Below, one piece after another: positions 7,867-17,003 of a DNA stretch of 64,000 bases (positions are counted from its first letter, which is position 1; each line of letters opens with the position of its first letter). The notes below the pieces were generated by a model. It was not told where the DNA came from. It made no database searches and saw only the letters and a program-made list of their open reading frames with translations. This stretch comes from a virus (Duplodnaviria > Caudoviricetes). The position numbers and the translations under genes were made by a program. The DNA is taken from the IMG/VR virus record IMGVR_UViG_3300032138_000002, positions 1-64,000 of that record; one strand, 5' to 3'.

Positions 7867-8493
7867 CTAAATATCCTCTTCGTCCAATAAAGTATATGTA
7901 AAAGAGTTTCCAAAGATGTCGGCAGCCTTATTGCACGTTACCATAAACTTGGAAAACGCAATCGTGCTCCTGAATACTTGACAGCCGGCCGAAGATCCAT
8001 TAACATATTCTTTTTCGCCTGCTCGGGAGTGCCGATGAATATTAATGCCAAACATTCCTTGTTGGATACTCTCATCTTCCATTTCCAATCGTCGATCCTT
8101 GTCGTCGTCGCGATAAACTTTAACGGGGCCACCGCGTTGAACAAGGGCGACATGTCGAAAGGATCCGCCGTGTGTACCAATACGATAGGTGCTACGATAC
8201 TGTCCCGGAACCAAAATGGCTGTGCCGTCTGGATTAATCGGCTTCCGCAAAATCGATGGTCCCGGGTCTGTGGTGATCTGGTAACTCTCTACAACCCACT
8301 CCTTATCTTCGTCCCGATAGATGACGAGCAGCGCATCGTCGAATTTAGTTGAATCGTGAGAGGACTTACGGATGCCCACCAAATTTAAATTGTATGATTT
8401 GTTCCCGTCAAAGAAAGCATATCCTTTCTTAGCCAAGACCTCTTTAATAACTTCCGCCGTCACGCGTGCGTAGAGTCCTTTTATAATAGCCAT
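7867..8493 (-). CDS. L,D-transpeptidase (YkuD)-like peptidoglycan enzyme, possible lysin
   Basis: PGQY, GINIH and SAGCQV (His..S-x-G-C catalytic motif of the YkuD fold); late motif upstream. Confidence 0.65.
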   Translation of the reverse strand: MAIIKGLYARVTAEVIKEVLAKKGYAFFDGNKSYNLNLVGIRKSSHDSTKFDDALLVIYRDEDKEWVVESYQITTDPGPSILRKPINPDGTAILVPGQYRSTYRIGTHGGSFRHVALVQRGGPVKVYRDDDKDRRLEMEDESIQQGMFGINIHRHSRAGEKEYVNGSSAGCQVFRSTIAFSKFMVTCNKAADIFGNSFTYTLLDEEDI

Positions 8494-8514
8494 AATCTTA
8501 TCCTTTAATTAATA

Positions 8515-8522
8515 TAAATAGT
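8515..8522 (-). promoter_or_regulatory. Putative late promoter motif ACTATTTA
   Basis: Intergenic, about 22 nt upstream of ATG 8493; same motif precedes structural genes. Confidence 0.65.
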
Positions 8523-8532
8523 TATTATGACT

Positions 8533-8718
8533 TCATTTTTCCGTTTCCGGAGGGAGATAAAACTTTTCTAATTTTCCAAATTTATTATATAAAATAAGTT
8601 CCCCTGAAGATAGCTCATGTTTCTTTTCCGGAACTTTCTTCTCCGGGGGTGCAACGCCACACCATCTCAAGTGATGAGGGGGGATGGGAACCACGGGGCT
8701 TACTCTTGTTATTTTCAT
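8533..8718 (-). CDS. Hypothetical protein (61 aa)
   Basis: ORF track; ATGA overlap with upstream stop. Confidence 0.55.
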   Translation of the reverse strand: MKITRVSPVVPIPPHHLRWCGVAPPEKKVPEKKHELSSGELILYNKFGKLEKFYLPPETEK

Positions 8719-9083
8719 CCTTCGTCTCTCTTGGCCGGTACTTTTAAAAGACCGATTCTTCTGGCTGCTTCTACTCGATGATGACCATCCAATATATAAT
8801 AAAAAGGCTCATCGTCAGGATTTTTAGGAGGCATCGTGTATTCCTCTTTGTCTTTTAGACGCGCAACATTAAGTGGTTTTTGATGACACACGGTAATTGG
8901 TTCGAAGTTTCCACCCATTATCTTGGAGATTTTATCATCCACCATCTCTTCACACTCCGGACTAGGGCAATCATAATCTTTTCCATGACCCAGTTCTTCG
9001 GTGGGAATAAGTTTCTCAATGTCGACATAAAATACGGAAGGGCCTTCTTTATACTCTCGCCAATTTTCAAGTAGTTGTTTCAC
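8715..9083 (-). CDS. ParB/Srx-like N-terminal domain protein
   Basis: FEPITV..YILDGHHRVEAARRIGLLKVPA is the ParB/sulfiredoxin GxxR motif; leader MKQLLENWREY. Confidence 0.75.
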   Translation of the reverse strand: MKQLLENWREYKEGPSVFYVDIEKLIPTEELGHGKDYDCPSPECEEMVDDKISKIMGGNFEPITVCHQKPLNVARLKDKEEYTMPPKNPDDEPFYYILDGHHRVEAARRIGLLKVPAKRDEG

Positions 9084-9465
9084 TTTGGTGTTTCTCCTTG
9101 ATATAATTAGCTATTGGAACAGCTTCTCCATCACCATCAATGCGAACAAACTTCATTTTTGTTCGACAAACGACCTTCTCCGAGTTGTTATATGTACTAT
9201 GGCGCCGTGCTTCGATGTTTAGAAGACACGATGTTCTCCCAAAATTTTCTAATTTTCCGTAAACCTTTATGATCTGACCAGGGCGTACCGGCTTAAGAAA
9301 CTGAACCTTATCCATAGAGACAGTAACCATTCTTGGTGTCTCACAAAGTTGACAAGCATATGCGACTGCGGCTTCATCGAGCCACGCGAGCATCAGACCT
9401 CCAAAGAGGTTACCATGATACCCACAATCATTTTCTTTACACATATGTGTAGATATAAGTTCCAT
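9067..9465 (-). CDS. Acyl-CoA thioesterase (hotdog fold, YciA-like)
   Basis: HGNLFGGLMLAWLDEAA, VTVSMDKVQFLKPVRPG, GRTS, FVRID motifs. Confidence 0.9.
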   Translation of the reverse strand: MELISTHMCKENDCGYHGNLFGGLMLAWLDEAAVAYACQLCETPRMVTVSMDKVQFLKPVRPGQIIKVYGKLENFGRTSCLLNIEARRHSTYNNSEKVVCRTKMKFVRIDGDGEAVPIANYIKEKHQSETTT

Positions 9466-10103
9466 TACTGTATCTGATTAGCTAATTCTTTTGCGCGTTC
9501 AATGGTGGCTGGGATATCTTCTTCCATTATAATATAATCAGCCAAAGATTTAATTTTAGTTTCCTTTTCGATTTCATTACGAAGCTCGGCCATTCTCTTT
9601 TTGAGTTGTTCTCTATCTTCGTACTCGCCTGTTTCCAACCTGCGAGCTTGGCGATGCAGTAATTCCTCCGGAGGGGCAGTTACATAAACAGCTACCATTT
9701 TCTTGCCTAGCCTTCCTATCTCTCTATGGAGTTGGGGGATAGCCGTGTAATCAGTAATCATAATAGCGCGTGGAGAATCCTTTATCTTTTCTTTGTCTGT
9801 ACCGTAAGCGTTGCCAGCGTAGGAAGCGTTAACATTCAAAAGGCGATCTTGGCCCTGTAGACTATTGAATTCATCCTGGGAGATAAACTCATACTCCCCA
9901 TCTTGTTCCTCCGTTGAGCCCGGGCGCGGCGGTCTTGTAGTATAAGAAACAATCTTGTCCCACTGTTCGTCCACAAACACATCCCGCGCTACCGATTTCC
10001 CTGAAGCTGTTGGACCAAAGATAGCCACAACCGTGCCGCTCGTTTTAGATTCATTACGCCAAGCTAACCACCCGTTGTAATGGTTGTTATCCCACTCGCC
10101 CAT
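9465..10103 (-). CDS. gmk: Guanylate kinase-like protein
   Basis: GPTASGKS P-loop, SYTTRPPRPG, DGEYEFIS, YGT motifs. Confidence 0.85.
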   Translation of the reverse strand: MGEWDNNHYNGWLAWRNESKTSGTVVAIFGPTASGKSVARDVFVDEQWDKIVSYTTRPPRPGSTEEQDGEYEFISQDEFNSLQGQDRLLNVNASYAGNAYGTDKEKIKDSPRAIMITDYTAIPQLHREIGRLGKKMVAVYVTAPPEELLHRQARRLETGEYEDREQLKKRMAELRNEIEKETKIKSLADYIIMEEDIPATIERAKELANQIQ

Positions 10104-10531
10104 TAGCGCTCCACTTGGTTAACCGCTTTAACTTTAATATTACTTACTTCAGGTAGCCGAGAAAGCTGCTCGATCAAGATTTCAATAAGTCTTTGTATGC
10201 TTTGCCCAGGAACACGCACCAGCTTAATGTTTACGAGATGCAGTAGTGCCCCTGGTCCCGCCGGTGTCGCCCGTCCCTGAGGGCTGCAGCGCGTTACGCC
10301 AGGGATTGCTCGGATTTTATTAAGCACGTTGTCGGTACCGGCTTCTTTTTGGTATACGACACTGGTTACTACAACAAACATGTCTAAATCTTTAGAAGCT
10401 TCGTCGAGTTGTCGCGCTATCTCTTCCATGATGAAGGCACTAGCATTAGCTTCGAGTACCCCCTCTTCATCGAGGGCACCACACTCTTCTACAATAAGCT
10501 CACGCAATCTTTTTTTAGTGATTTTCATCAT
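10103..10531 (-). CDS. Hypothetical protein with MKITKKRLRELIVEE leader and ferredoxin/ACT-like C-terminal part
   Basis: ORF track; variant late motif ACTAGTTA at 10552-10559; TAATG coupling to gmk. Confidence 0.7.
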   Translation of the reverse strand: MMKITKKRLRELIVEECGALDEEGVLEANASAFIMEEIARQLDEASKDLDMFVVVTSVVYQKEAGTDNVLNKIRAIPGVTRCSPQGRATPAGPGALLHLVNIKLVRVPGQSIQRLIEILIEQLSRLPEVSNIKVKAVNQVER

Positions 10532-10565
10532 ATCTCTCTCATCGTGTATATTAACTAGTTCTCTT

Positions 10566-10952
10566 TCAATGGATAGTTAAATTAATTCCCCAGTTTCGTA
10601 AGAGTTCCCAGTCGTTAGCTACGAGGTGCCGGGCCGTTGAGCGAATTGTCTTAGTCTGTTCGTTGCTGAGGAGGTGTTGTTCTTCCCCCGTTTCTTCGTT
10701 GACGTGGGTCCCTTCTGTGTTTAACTCCTTCATAATTTTAAGAAATCTATTGGCGTTAGAAATATATTCATATAAGAGTTCTCGGAGATCTCGTTCTGAG
10801 TTGCCGCTTTTAATATCTTCTTCCACCAAGTGTTCCAATAACACCAAAGCTCTTTTTACTTCGGCAGACTGACGCACTCTCGCCTTCGGGTCAAACCAAT
10901 ATTTTTTGTTAGAGTTAAAACTATTGATGCTCATTTTAAATATCGTATCCAA
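10566..10952 (-). CDS. Hypothetical protein
   Basis: ORF track; fits the minus-strand gene tiling. Confidence 0.65.
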   Translation of the reverse strand: MDTIFKMSINSFNSNKKYWFDPKARVRQSAEVKRALVLLEHLVEEDIKSGNSERDLRELLYEYISNANRFLKIMKELNTEGTHVNEETGEEQHLLSNEQTKTIRSTARHLVANDWELLRNWGINLTIH

Positions 10953-11296
10953 TTAAACCATGGACGTTCTTCTATATAATTCATGTCGCGCTGGTTTGTA
11001 TAAGCCTCTTTTTCGAATGGATTGGAATAGTATGCCGTCTGCCTATCTCGGTAACGAATAAGACCTGCGACATAAAACACTGCGTATAAAAGCCACTGGA
11101 AGACAAAAAGCAACTCAAGCTGTTGGAAAAAGTGGATTGTTTCGTGATTCTCCAGGACCGGGTTTCGTTTGTGTTTTAAAAAGATAAAAGGTCCGAAACT
11201 AAGCGCTGTAATACCCGCGGCGAGAATATTCAATTTGGCCACTAGTCTAACGATTAAACTGTTTTGAAAAACAAAAGGGCGTAACTTTCTTATCAT
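10931..11296 (-). CDS. Membrane-associated HExxH zincin-like protein
   Basis: NHETIHFFQQ and NPFEKEAY (third ligand E) with hydrophobic segments. Confidence 0.7.
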   Translation of the reverse strand: MIRKLRPFVFQNSLIVRLVAKLNILAAGITALSFGPFIFLKHKRNPVLENHETIHFFQQLELLFVFQWLLYAVFYVAGLIRYRDRQTAYYSNPFEKEAYTNQRDMNYIEERPWFNWIRYLK

Positions 11297-11309
11297 TTTA
11301 TCTCCCCCT

Positions 11310-11612
11310 TTAATCGAGGATCAGACCGGGTGGGGCTTGATATATTTTTTTCTGAACTTGCTCGGGGGACCCTACTACCACCATATCGATTCCGGTTTGG
11401 CCGCGGTTTAGATATATCCGCGTAAAAGTCTGCCCCTTGCTTAATTTGGTGGGCAGTTTATCTTCAAGCAGCAAGCCCTTATAGTCCCGGTCTTCCCGCA
11501 AGCAAACTACTTGTTCGGGGTTAATGAAAACTTCTCTCAATCCGAAGCTTCGGGTTTTCTGGTTGGAATGAAATTTGGTGTCCTCAAACACTTCTACTAA
11601 TGGTATAATCAT
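11310..11612 (-). CDS. Hypothetical protein (weak FlbD-like pattern)
   Basis: VFINPEQVVCL..TRIYL..VVVGSPEQVQKKI; family call uncertain. Confidence 0.6.
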   Translation of the reverse strand: MIIPLVEVFEDTKFHSNQKTRSFGLREVFINPEQVVCLREDRDYKGLLLEDKLPTKLSKGQTFTRIYLNRGQTGIDMVVVGSPEQVQKKIYQAPPGLILD

Positions 11613-11892
11613 CTTTCCTCCTTAATGGAAACACTAGGTGTTTGGGAATGCTCCAACATTCCCCTTCGCAAAATACCTTGTGATAAACACCGGTAATGTC
11701 CTTCTCTACTAATATACCCAGGCTAGTTGTTATGGTGGTGCGAAAACGCACTGGTACTTCCTGCTCAAAGTCAAACTGCAGCAGAGTGAGGTTGCTGGGG
11801 ATAAACAACAAATCTCCGTCTCGGATGTTCTCCTTACACCTCATCGGTGGTGGTACCTTCTTCCGCAACTTCTTCAGTTGTACCCTCATCAT
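11584..11892 (-). CDS. Hypothetical SH3-like protein (start uncertain)
   Basis: IRDGDLLFI..LGILVE..HKVF..WSIP pattern. Confidence 0.55.
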   Translation of the reverse strand: MMRVQLKKLRKKVPPPMRCKENIRDGDLLFIPSNLTLLQFDFEQEVPVRFRTTITTSLGILVEKDITGVYHKVFCEGECWSIPKHLVFPLRRKDDYTISRSV

Positions 11893-12235
11893 GCTGCTTT
11901 GCCTTCGATGCAGCTTCTTCGACTTCGGCCAGTTTGGTGCGTAATTCTTCCGCCGCCACCTGTTCCATGTGGTCTAGCACACGGTGGTATCCCCGTAAGA
12001 CGTGGCTCACCTCCTCATACGCACGCACCACCTTTTGAATCGTTTCAGGTACTTCCAACAAATCATCAAGAGCAAACTGTGTTTTTTCTTTGTCCCCTGT
12101 TTTAGCAAGGCGTACCGCGTAAGTGAACCGGCTCACAAGTTCCTCATGAATGACGTCGTTTAAATCATTGACTAAACTTTCTAGCCGGGCCGGGATGTCG
12201 CTGGTGTCTATGGTTTGCTGAATTGTGACTTTCAT
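11834..12235 (-). CDS. Hypothetical helical protein
   Basis: ORF track; SD AAGGA upstream. Confidence 0.7.
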   Translation of the reverse strand: MKVTIQQTIDTSDIPARLESLVNDLNDVIHEELVSRFTYAVRLAKTGDKEKTQFALDDLLEVPETIQKVVRAYEEVSHVLRGYHRVLDHMEQVAAEELRTKLAEVEEAASKAKQHDEGTTEEVAEEGTTTDEV

Positions 12236-12255
12236 TTTTATATTTTCCTTTTATT

Positions 12256-12522
12256 TTAATTCAAGTACTGGATCCACATGGCAGCGCCCACCGAAACGAG
12301 GCCCCCCATGATCATCCATAAAAGTTTAGAGGAGCTATTTTTCCAACTCTCTAGTTCTCGCAAGCGCACATACAACCCTTCGTCAGGTTCGTATACTGCA
12401 TCGCGGATTTGCTCTAGGTGTTGAGCCATATCATCGTGTTTTTCTCTAATGGTGTGCACGGCATCGAGAACTCGTTCTAATTTTCCGTTTAATTCAATAA
12501 GCGCTTCTTGTGGGGTTAACAT
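12256..12522 (-). CDS. Coiled-coil protein with C-terminal transmembrane helix (holin/XhlA-like architecture)
   Basis: Heptad region, then RLRELE and hydrophobic LLWMIMGGLVSVGAAMWI. Confidence 0.6.
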   Translation of the reverse strand: MLTPQEALIELNGKLERVLDAVHTIREKHDDMAQHLEQIRDAVYEPDEGLYVRLRELESWKNSSSKLLWMIMGGLVSVGAAMWIQYLN

Positions 12523-12543
12523 GGTATTATTGTCCTATAGTAT

Positions 12544-12572
12544 ACTATATCATGTATTATATAATTAGTCAA
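12544..12572 (-). promoter_or_regulatory. Sigma70-type promoter
   Basis: TTGACT (12572-12567), 17 bp spacer, TGn-TATAGT (12549-12544). Confidence 0.75.
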
Positions 12573-12621
12573 GAAAAAAATGTTTGTTATTAACACCAGC
12601 AACCGTAAAACAAACCTACAT

Positions 12622-14190
12622 TTATGTCTCAATAATGGCAAAGTTGGTGGTGATAAGCGTTGATGCTACAGACACCGCGTTCTGAAGAGCGCAGCGCGTT
12701 ACTTTTGCGGGGTCGATTATTCCGGCCGTGACCAGATCTGTCGTTTCTCCCGTATAAAAGTCAATGCCGATCGAGCCCGCCGTATTGAGAACTTTGTCGA
12801 CCACTACATCTGGAGACAACCCCGCATTAGCGGCCATTTGTTTAATGGGTTCTTTTACAGCCTCAGTAATAATCTTCACCCCGAGGCCCTGGTCCTCGTT
12901 GTCAACACGGACATCCAAGTTTGTGGCAGCCCGAAGCAGCGTGACCCCACCGCCGGCCACAACACCTTCAAGTTGAGCAGATCGGACGGCTTCTAAGGCA
13001 TCTTCGATGCGATGTTTTTTTTCAATCATTTCCACTTCCGACAGACCGCCGGCTCGAATAATCGCAACCCCGCTAGCAAGGCAAGTGACTCTTTCCTGAA
13101 GTCGCTCAGCCTCGTGGAGATTATCTGTTTGGGAGATCTCCGCCTTAAGTTTTTCAATGCGCTTTTCGACCTCATCAAAGTCGCCGCGGCCCCCAACAAA
13201 AGTTGTGTCGCCCTTGGTTATTTCGACAGTCTTTATAATGCCGAGGTCCGCCAATTTAACATTGTTTAAAGTGGTGTCCGACGTGCGGGTAACAAAAGAT
13301 GCCCCAATCGAAATAGCCAAATCCTCCATAATATTGCGGCGTTCTTCACCATAGCGAGGGGCTTTGATGGCCGCCACTCTCATCGTTCCGCGGATGGCGT
13401 TCATGATTAAAGCAGCCAATGCTTGCCCTTCAACGTTTTCGGCGACGATTAGAAGAGGGCGTTTTTCTCGGGAGACAAGCTCTAGGGTTGGTAAGATTTG
13501 TTCAACTGTTTCGATAGCTTCATCGGTAACTAGCACATAACAATCCTCATGTCGGATGGTGCCGCGGCGCTGATCATTAATAAACTGGGGAGATATATAC
13601 CCCGAATCAACTCGAAAGCCCTCGACAAAATCTAAACTGGTCTCTACGGAACGAGCTTCCTCTACGGTGATCGATCCGTCTTTACCCACTCGGTCGACGG
13701 CTAGTGCCACTAACTTTCCGATAGTATGATCGTTATTGGCAGATATGGATGCCACATGTGCAATGTCTTCTTCGCTCGAAATAGGTTGTGAAAGCTCCTC
13801 AATGTTCGCCACGATCTCGGCGGTAGCTTTGTCCATACCGCGCTTGAGTTCAACTGGTGAAACGCCGGCTTTCAAATACTTTTGAGATTGCACCAACACC
13901 GCTCGGGCAAGTACAGTTGCTGTAGTGGTCCCATCGCCCGCATCGGTGTTGGTTTCTTCTGAGGCTTGCTTAATAACTTGGGCTCCGACGTTCTCAAATT
14001 CGTCTTCCAAATCTACAAAACGAGCAATCGTTACGCCATCTTTGGTAATGATGGGGCGTTTACCCTTTTGTTGAAGTACCACGTTCCGCCCCTTTGGGCC
14101 CAATGTCGACGCCACATTATCAGCTAACTTGTTTACACCAGATAAAATCTTATCATGTAGACTAGTGTTGTCACAATATTTCTTTGTCAT
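12622..14190 (-). CDS. groEL: Chaperonin GroEL (Cpn60)
   Basis: [45 protein letters not shown]; lacks the C-terminal GGM tail. Confidence 0.96.
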   Translation of the reverse strand: MTKKYCDNTSLHDKILSGVNKLADNVASTLGPKGRNVVLQQKGKRPIITKDGVTIARFVDLEDEFENVGAQVIKQASEETNTDAGDGTTTATVLARAVLVQSQKYLKAGVSPVELKRGMDKATAEIVANIEELSQPISSEEDIAHVASISANNDHTIGKLVALAVDRVGKDGSITVEEARSVETSLDFVEGFRVDSGYISPQFINDQRRGTIRHEDCYVLVTDEAIETVEQILPTLELVSREKRPLLIVAENVEGQALAALIMNAIRGTMRVAAIKAPRYGEERRNIMEDLAISIGASFVTRTSDTTLNNVKLADLGIIKTVEITKGDTTFVGGRGDFDEVEKRIEKLKAEISQTDNLHEAERLQERVTCLASGVAIIRAGGLSEVEMIEKKHRIEDALEAVRSAQLEGVVAGGGVTLLRAATNLDVRVDNEDQGLGVKIITEAVKEPIKQMAANAGLSPDVVVDKVLNTAGSIGIDFYTGETTDLVTAGIIDPAKVTRCALQNAVSVASTLITTNFAIIET

Positions 14191-14212
14191 TTAAACCTCG
14201 CAGTGAGTATAC

Positions 14213-14240
14213 ATTATAACATTTTAATCAAAAAAGTAAA
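14213..14240 (-). promoter_or_regulatory. Extended -10 sigma70-type promoter for groEL
   Basis: TGn-TATAAT (14218-14213) with weak -35 TTTACT at 16 bp spacing. Confidence 0.6.
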
Positions 14241-14243
14241 GAC

Positions 14244-15719
14244 TTATTTTTTTTCTTCGATCGCCTTAACAGCGCTGTCCGTTGCGTCGCGCAGGTTTTG
14301 GGCATCACTAATAGCTTGGAGGGCATGCTCTTGCCGCGTCTCCCCCTTACCCGCGCTCCCCAAGAAATAAGAGTTTACATTGTTTGTATAAGAATTTAAA
14401 AATCCATACACAGGTTTAATAGTGGCATTGAGGAGTTCGGCGTAATTGAGCCACGCTTTTTTAAGAGCTTCCGGGCCCAAAGGTAAGAAGCCAATAGGTT
14501 TAAAATTTTCTATAGCTTCTGCCTGATTACGAGTGAAAATAAACTGCTGTTGCTTTTCACCTTCGATAGCACCGTAAGCCGGTGTTTTCATTAGAGACGC
14601 GATTATCGCGTCTTTGTCTCCCGAATCAATAGCAGTCTGCAACTGTTGAACGACCGCGAACGAACCGAACAGTTTTTCAGCCTTGGTGCCTTCAAATTTC
14701 GTTTCTGAATATACGAAAGTGAAGGGAGCATACTCCTGTAATTCCTCGGGATCGCTCTCCACAATACGTCGACTTAGCTGGTTTAACATCTCACCACTGG
14801 CTCTGACCTCGTTCACTGCCGATGGCGAGTAGTGCCAGGAGGTGGCAGTAGATCCGGGTACAAAACCCTTCTTCCCCACAGTCAACTTTTTAAGAGGTGT
14901 CCCTCCATCCCATAACCGCTTCACAATCTTTTGAGCTTCTTCGGCCGAATCTGTTTTAACCGGCTCCTTGATATTAACCTCTTTTAAAAATGGATCAACA
15001 AAAACTTTAACGAAGTCTTGAAGGGTGATAGTAAATTCACCAAACTCTAGGCCGTCTGAGCCCTTAGCACTCAGGCGCCGTGCATCCAAATATATAACAT
15101 GGTCATGACTTTTAAAGTGCTCTACCATATTAAAGAAAGAGCCCTTTACGTCGGTAGATGGCCCGAGCAGCTTAAGAGAATATTCTTTGTCGCCTAGGCG
15201 GACGTCCGTAATCGGCTTCCCAACGGCGCCCCCGCTAGCATCGTCGCTCTTGTCAACATCCACAATCTGAACTGACTTATCACCAAACAGACCGGCCAAG
15301 AATGCTTCAAAAATAAAACCTCCGGCAGACTCAGTAAACTCCGCAAGGAGAGCGCTTAAAATTTCAATGACCACCAACGTAGCCAGAATTTCACTAATGC
15401 CGGCTTCTTCATTAGCGCCTTCGATAATGCGATTTAGGCTAGCCAGTTTCTCTTCCAATGTGCCTCCCTCAATATTAGAGGTGAAGGCTTCAATGATTTG
15501 GCGGTCTTTGGATTCGGGCTTTCCCCAATCTTCGGTAATTTTAATGGTCGGAAGGAACTCTGTAAGATCCACCTCCTTCTCTTTTTTCGCTTCGCGGAGC
15601 GCTTGAGGGGGCCCTATTTTGATACTCTCTTCGGTGATGATTTTTAATATATCGTCAAGGCCAAAAGCGCTTGCCGGCTTTGGTGCAAAAAATTGTTCTA
15701 TAAGTTTGTCTAGGCTCAT
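14244..15719 (-). CDS. Putative PD-(D/E)xK nuclease-fold protein, late-expressed
   Basis: GFIFEAFLAGLF..ITDVRL..EYSLKLL resembles the restriction-endonuclease core (E..D..SxK); late motif 4 nt before ATG. Confidence 0.55.
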   Translation of the reverse strand: MSLDKLIEQFFAPKPASAFGLDDILKIITEESIKIGPPQALREAKKEKEVDLTEFLPTIKITEDWGKPESKDRQIIEAFTSNIEGGTLEEKLASLNRIIEGANEEAGISEILATLVVIEILSALLAEFTESAGGFIFEAFLAGLFGDKSVQIVDVDKSDDASGGAVGKPITDVRLGDKEYSLKLLGPSTDVKGSFFNMVEHFKSHDHVIYLDARRLSAKGSDGLEFGEFTITLQDFVKVFVDPFLKEVNIKEPVKTDSAEEAQKIVKRLWDGGTPLKKLTVGKKGFVPGSTATSWHYSPSAVNEVRASGEMLNQLSRRIVESDPEELQEYAPFTFVYSETKFEGTKAEKLFGSFAVVQQLQTAIDSGDKDAIIASLMKTPAYGAIEGEKQQQFIFTRNQAEAIENFKPIGFLPLGPEALKKAWLNYAELLNATIKPVYGFLNSYTNNVNSYFLGSAGKGETRQEHALQAISDAQNLRDATDSAVKAIEEKK

Positions 15720-15723
15720 GCTT

Positions 15724-15731
15724 TAAATAGT
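15724..15731 (-). promoter_or_regulatory. Putative late promoter motif ACTATTTA
   Basis: Intergenic, immediately upstream of ATG 15719. Confidence 0.6.
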
Positions 15732-15749
15732 TAATATTACAAGTAAACT

Positions 15750-16541
15750 CTAAATAATTTCATCAGCAATGCCAAGCTCTATTGCTTCTTCCGCCGTGAG
15801 ATATACATTCACTTTTCGGTCCATCAATTTTTTAAGATATCGCCGAGTCATATCTGTTTCTTCTACCAAGCAAGTAATGTGTTGGTCTTGGAGATATCGG
15901 ATCTCATCCATTTCATTTTCCAAACTATGAAGTGATCCATGGCTAGCGCCGATGACACTGTGTATCATAATACGGCAGTTCTTCATTACCTTACGTTTTC
16001 CCTTCGTTCCGGAGGCCAGCAGCAGCACTCCGGCTGACATCACTTTACCGATGCCGATGGTGCTGATTTCACAATCCTTCCGCACCATTCGTACAGTGTC
16101 ATAGATAGCAAACATCTCCGGTGCGGAGCCTCCGTAAGTTGATATCATTAATTCCAAAGGATCAAACTTGGTTAGGATTTCTGATTCAGGATCTTCCGGG
16201 TCAACGTACTCTTTATACTCCCCTAGTTTGTGCAGCATCACTAAAGAATATACAAGCTCCGCCGTGTTGTCTTCATTTACTTCGCCATGCAGAGATAGAA
16301 GACGGATTTTCGGTTTTTCCGCTTCCGCGGCCATATTCTCCAACAACAACAGTTGACTGAGATCAACATGGTCCAGTGCCTCTTTGGGTTCAGAGGCGCA
16401 GGGCGTGTCTGGTTGTTCCTCTTGTGGTTCCTCTTCTTCCATCTTACTGGAAGCGCGGCGCTTTTGTGGAGCCCCCCGGACGCTCTTCTTTCGCGACTTG
16501 GATTTGGGTTTGGGGGGGCTGGAAGTTTTATCTTTCGGCAT
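15750..16541 (-). CDS. clpP: ClpP-family protease with disordered N-terminal extension
   Basis: LHGEVN, ISTYGGS, AIYD, GKVMSAG (catalytic Ser), MIHS (His), YLTAEEAIELGIADEII; the triad Asp position appears to be Asn. Confidence 0.88.
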   Translation of the reverse strand: MPKDKTSSPPKPKSKSRKKSVRGAPQKRRASSKMEEEEPQEEQPDTPCASEPKEALDHVDLSQLLLLENMAAEAEKPKIRLLSLHGEVNEDNTAELVYSLVMLHKLGEYKEYVDPEDPESEILTKFDPLELMISTYGGSAPEMFAIYDTVRMVRKDCEISTIGIGKVMSAGVLLLASGTKGKRKVMKNCRIMIHSVIGASHGSLHSLENEMDEIRYLQDQHITCLVEETDMTRRYLKKLMDRKVNVYLTAEEAIELGIADEII

Positions 16542-16940
16542 CTATCTTCTCGCAGGTTTAATATCTTTCTTATAAATACGATCTAATTCCGCCATCGCCC
16601 CATTCCAATCTTCATATTTTAATAAAAATCTATAATGACGAGGAAAATTGGCTAGCAAGTGAGCGATTGAAGCGTTCTTCCATTTGTGGAAGGTACGTTC
16701 ATCTACTTCTCGCACCACGTTGAGTTCTTCTTCAGGCAGTCCTGCTTTGTGTAGTTGTTTATATTTTAATTCTCGACCAAAACTTAGGTCGGCTGAGACT
16801 ATGGACAAAGCCAAGAGTGCCTGTTGGTTTATCTTGGTGACAAAATTGGTCATATGTCCATAGGTTAGGATGGCGCTTAAGAATCGATAAGTAAATACTC
16901 CGATCAAAAACCACGCCATCTCAGTATACTGTCCAAACAT
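16542..16940 (-). CDS. Hypothetical membrane-anchored protein
   Basis: N-terminal hydrophobic segment; directly abuts clpP. Confidence 0.7.
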   Translation of the reverse strand: MFGQYTEMAWFLIGVFTYRFLSAILTYGHMTNFVTKINQQALLALSIVSADLSFGRELKYKQLHKAGLPEEELNVVREVDERTFHKWKNASIAHLLANFPRHYRFLLKYEDWNGAMAELDRIYKKDIKPARR

Positions 16941-16968
16941 AGAAGCTCCGCTTTAAGTTATACAGCCC

Positions 16969-16997
16969 AGTATAACACACCCTTAATTAAATGTCAA
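16969..16997 (-). promoter_or_regulatory. Sigma70-type promoter (clpP operon)
   Basis: TTGACA (16997-16992), 17 bp spacer, TGn-TATACT (16974-16969). Confidence 0.85.
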
Positions 16998-17003
16998 GGG
17001 AAA

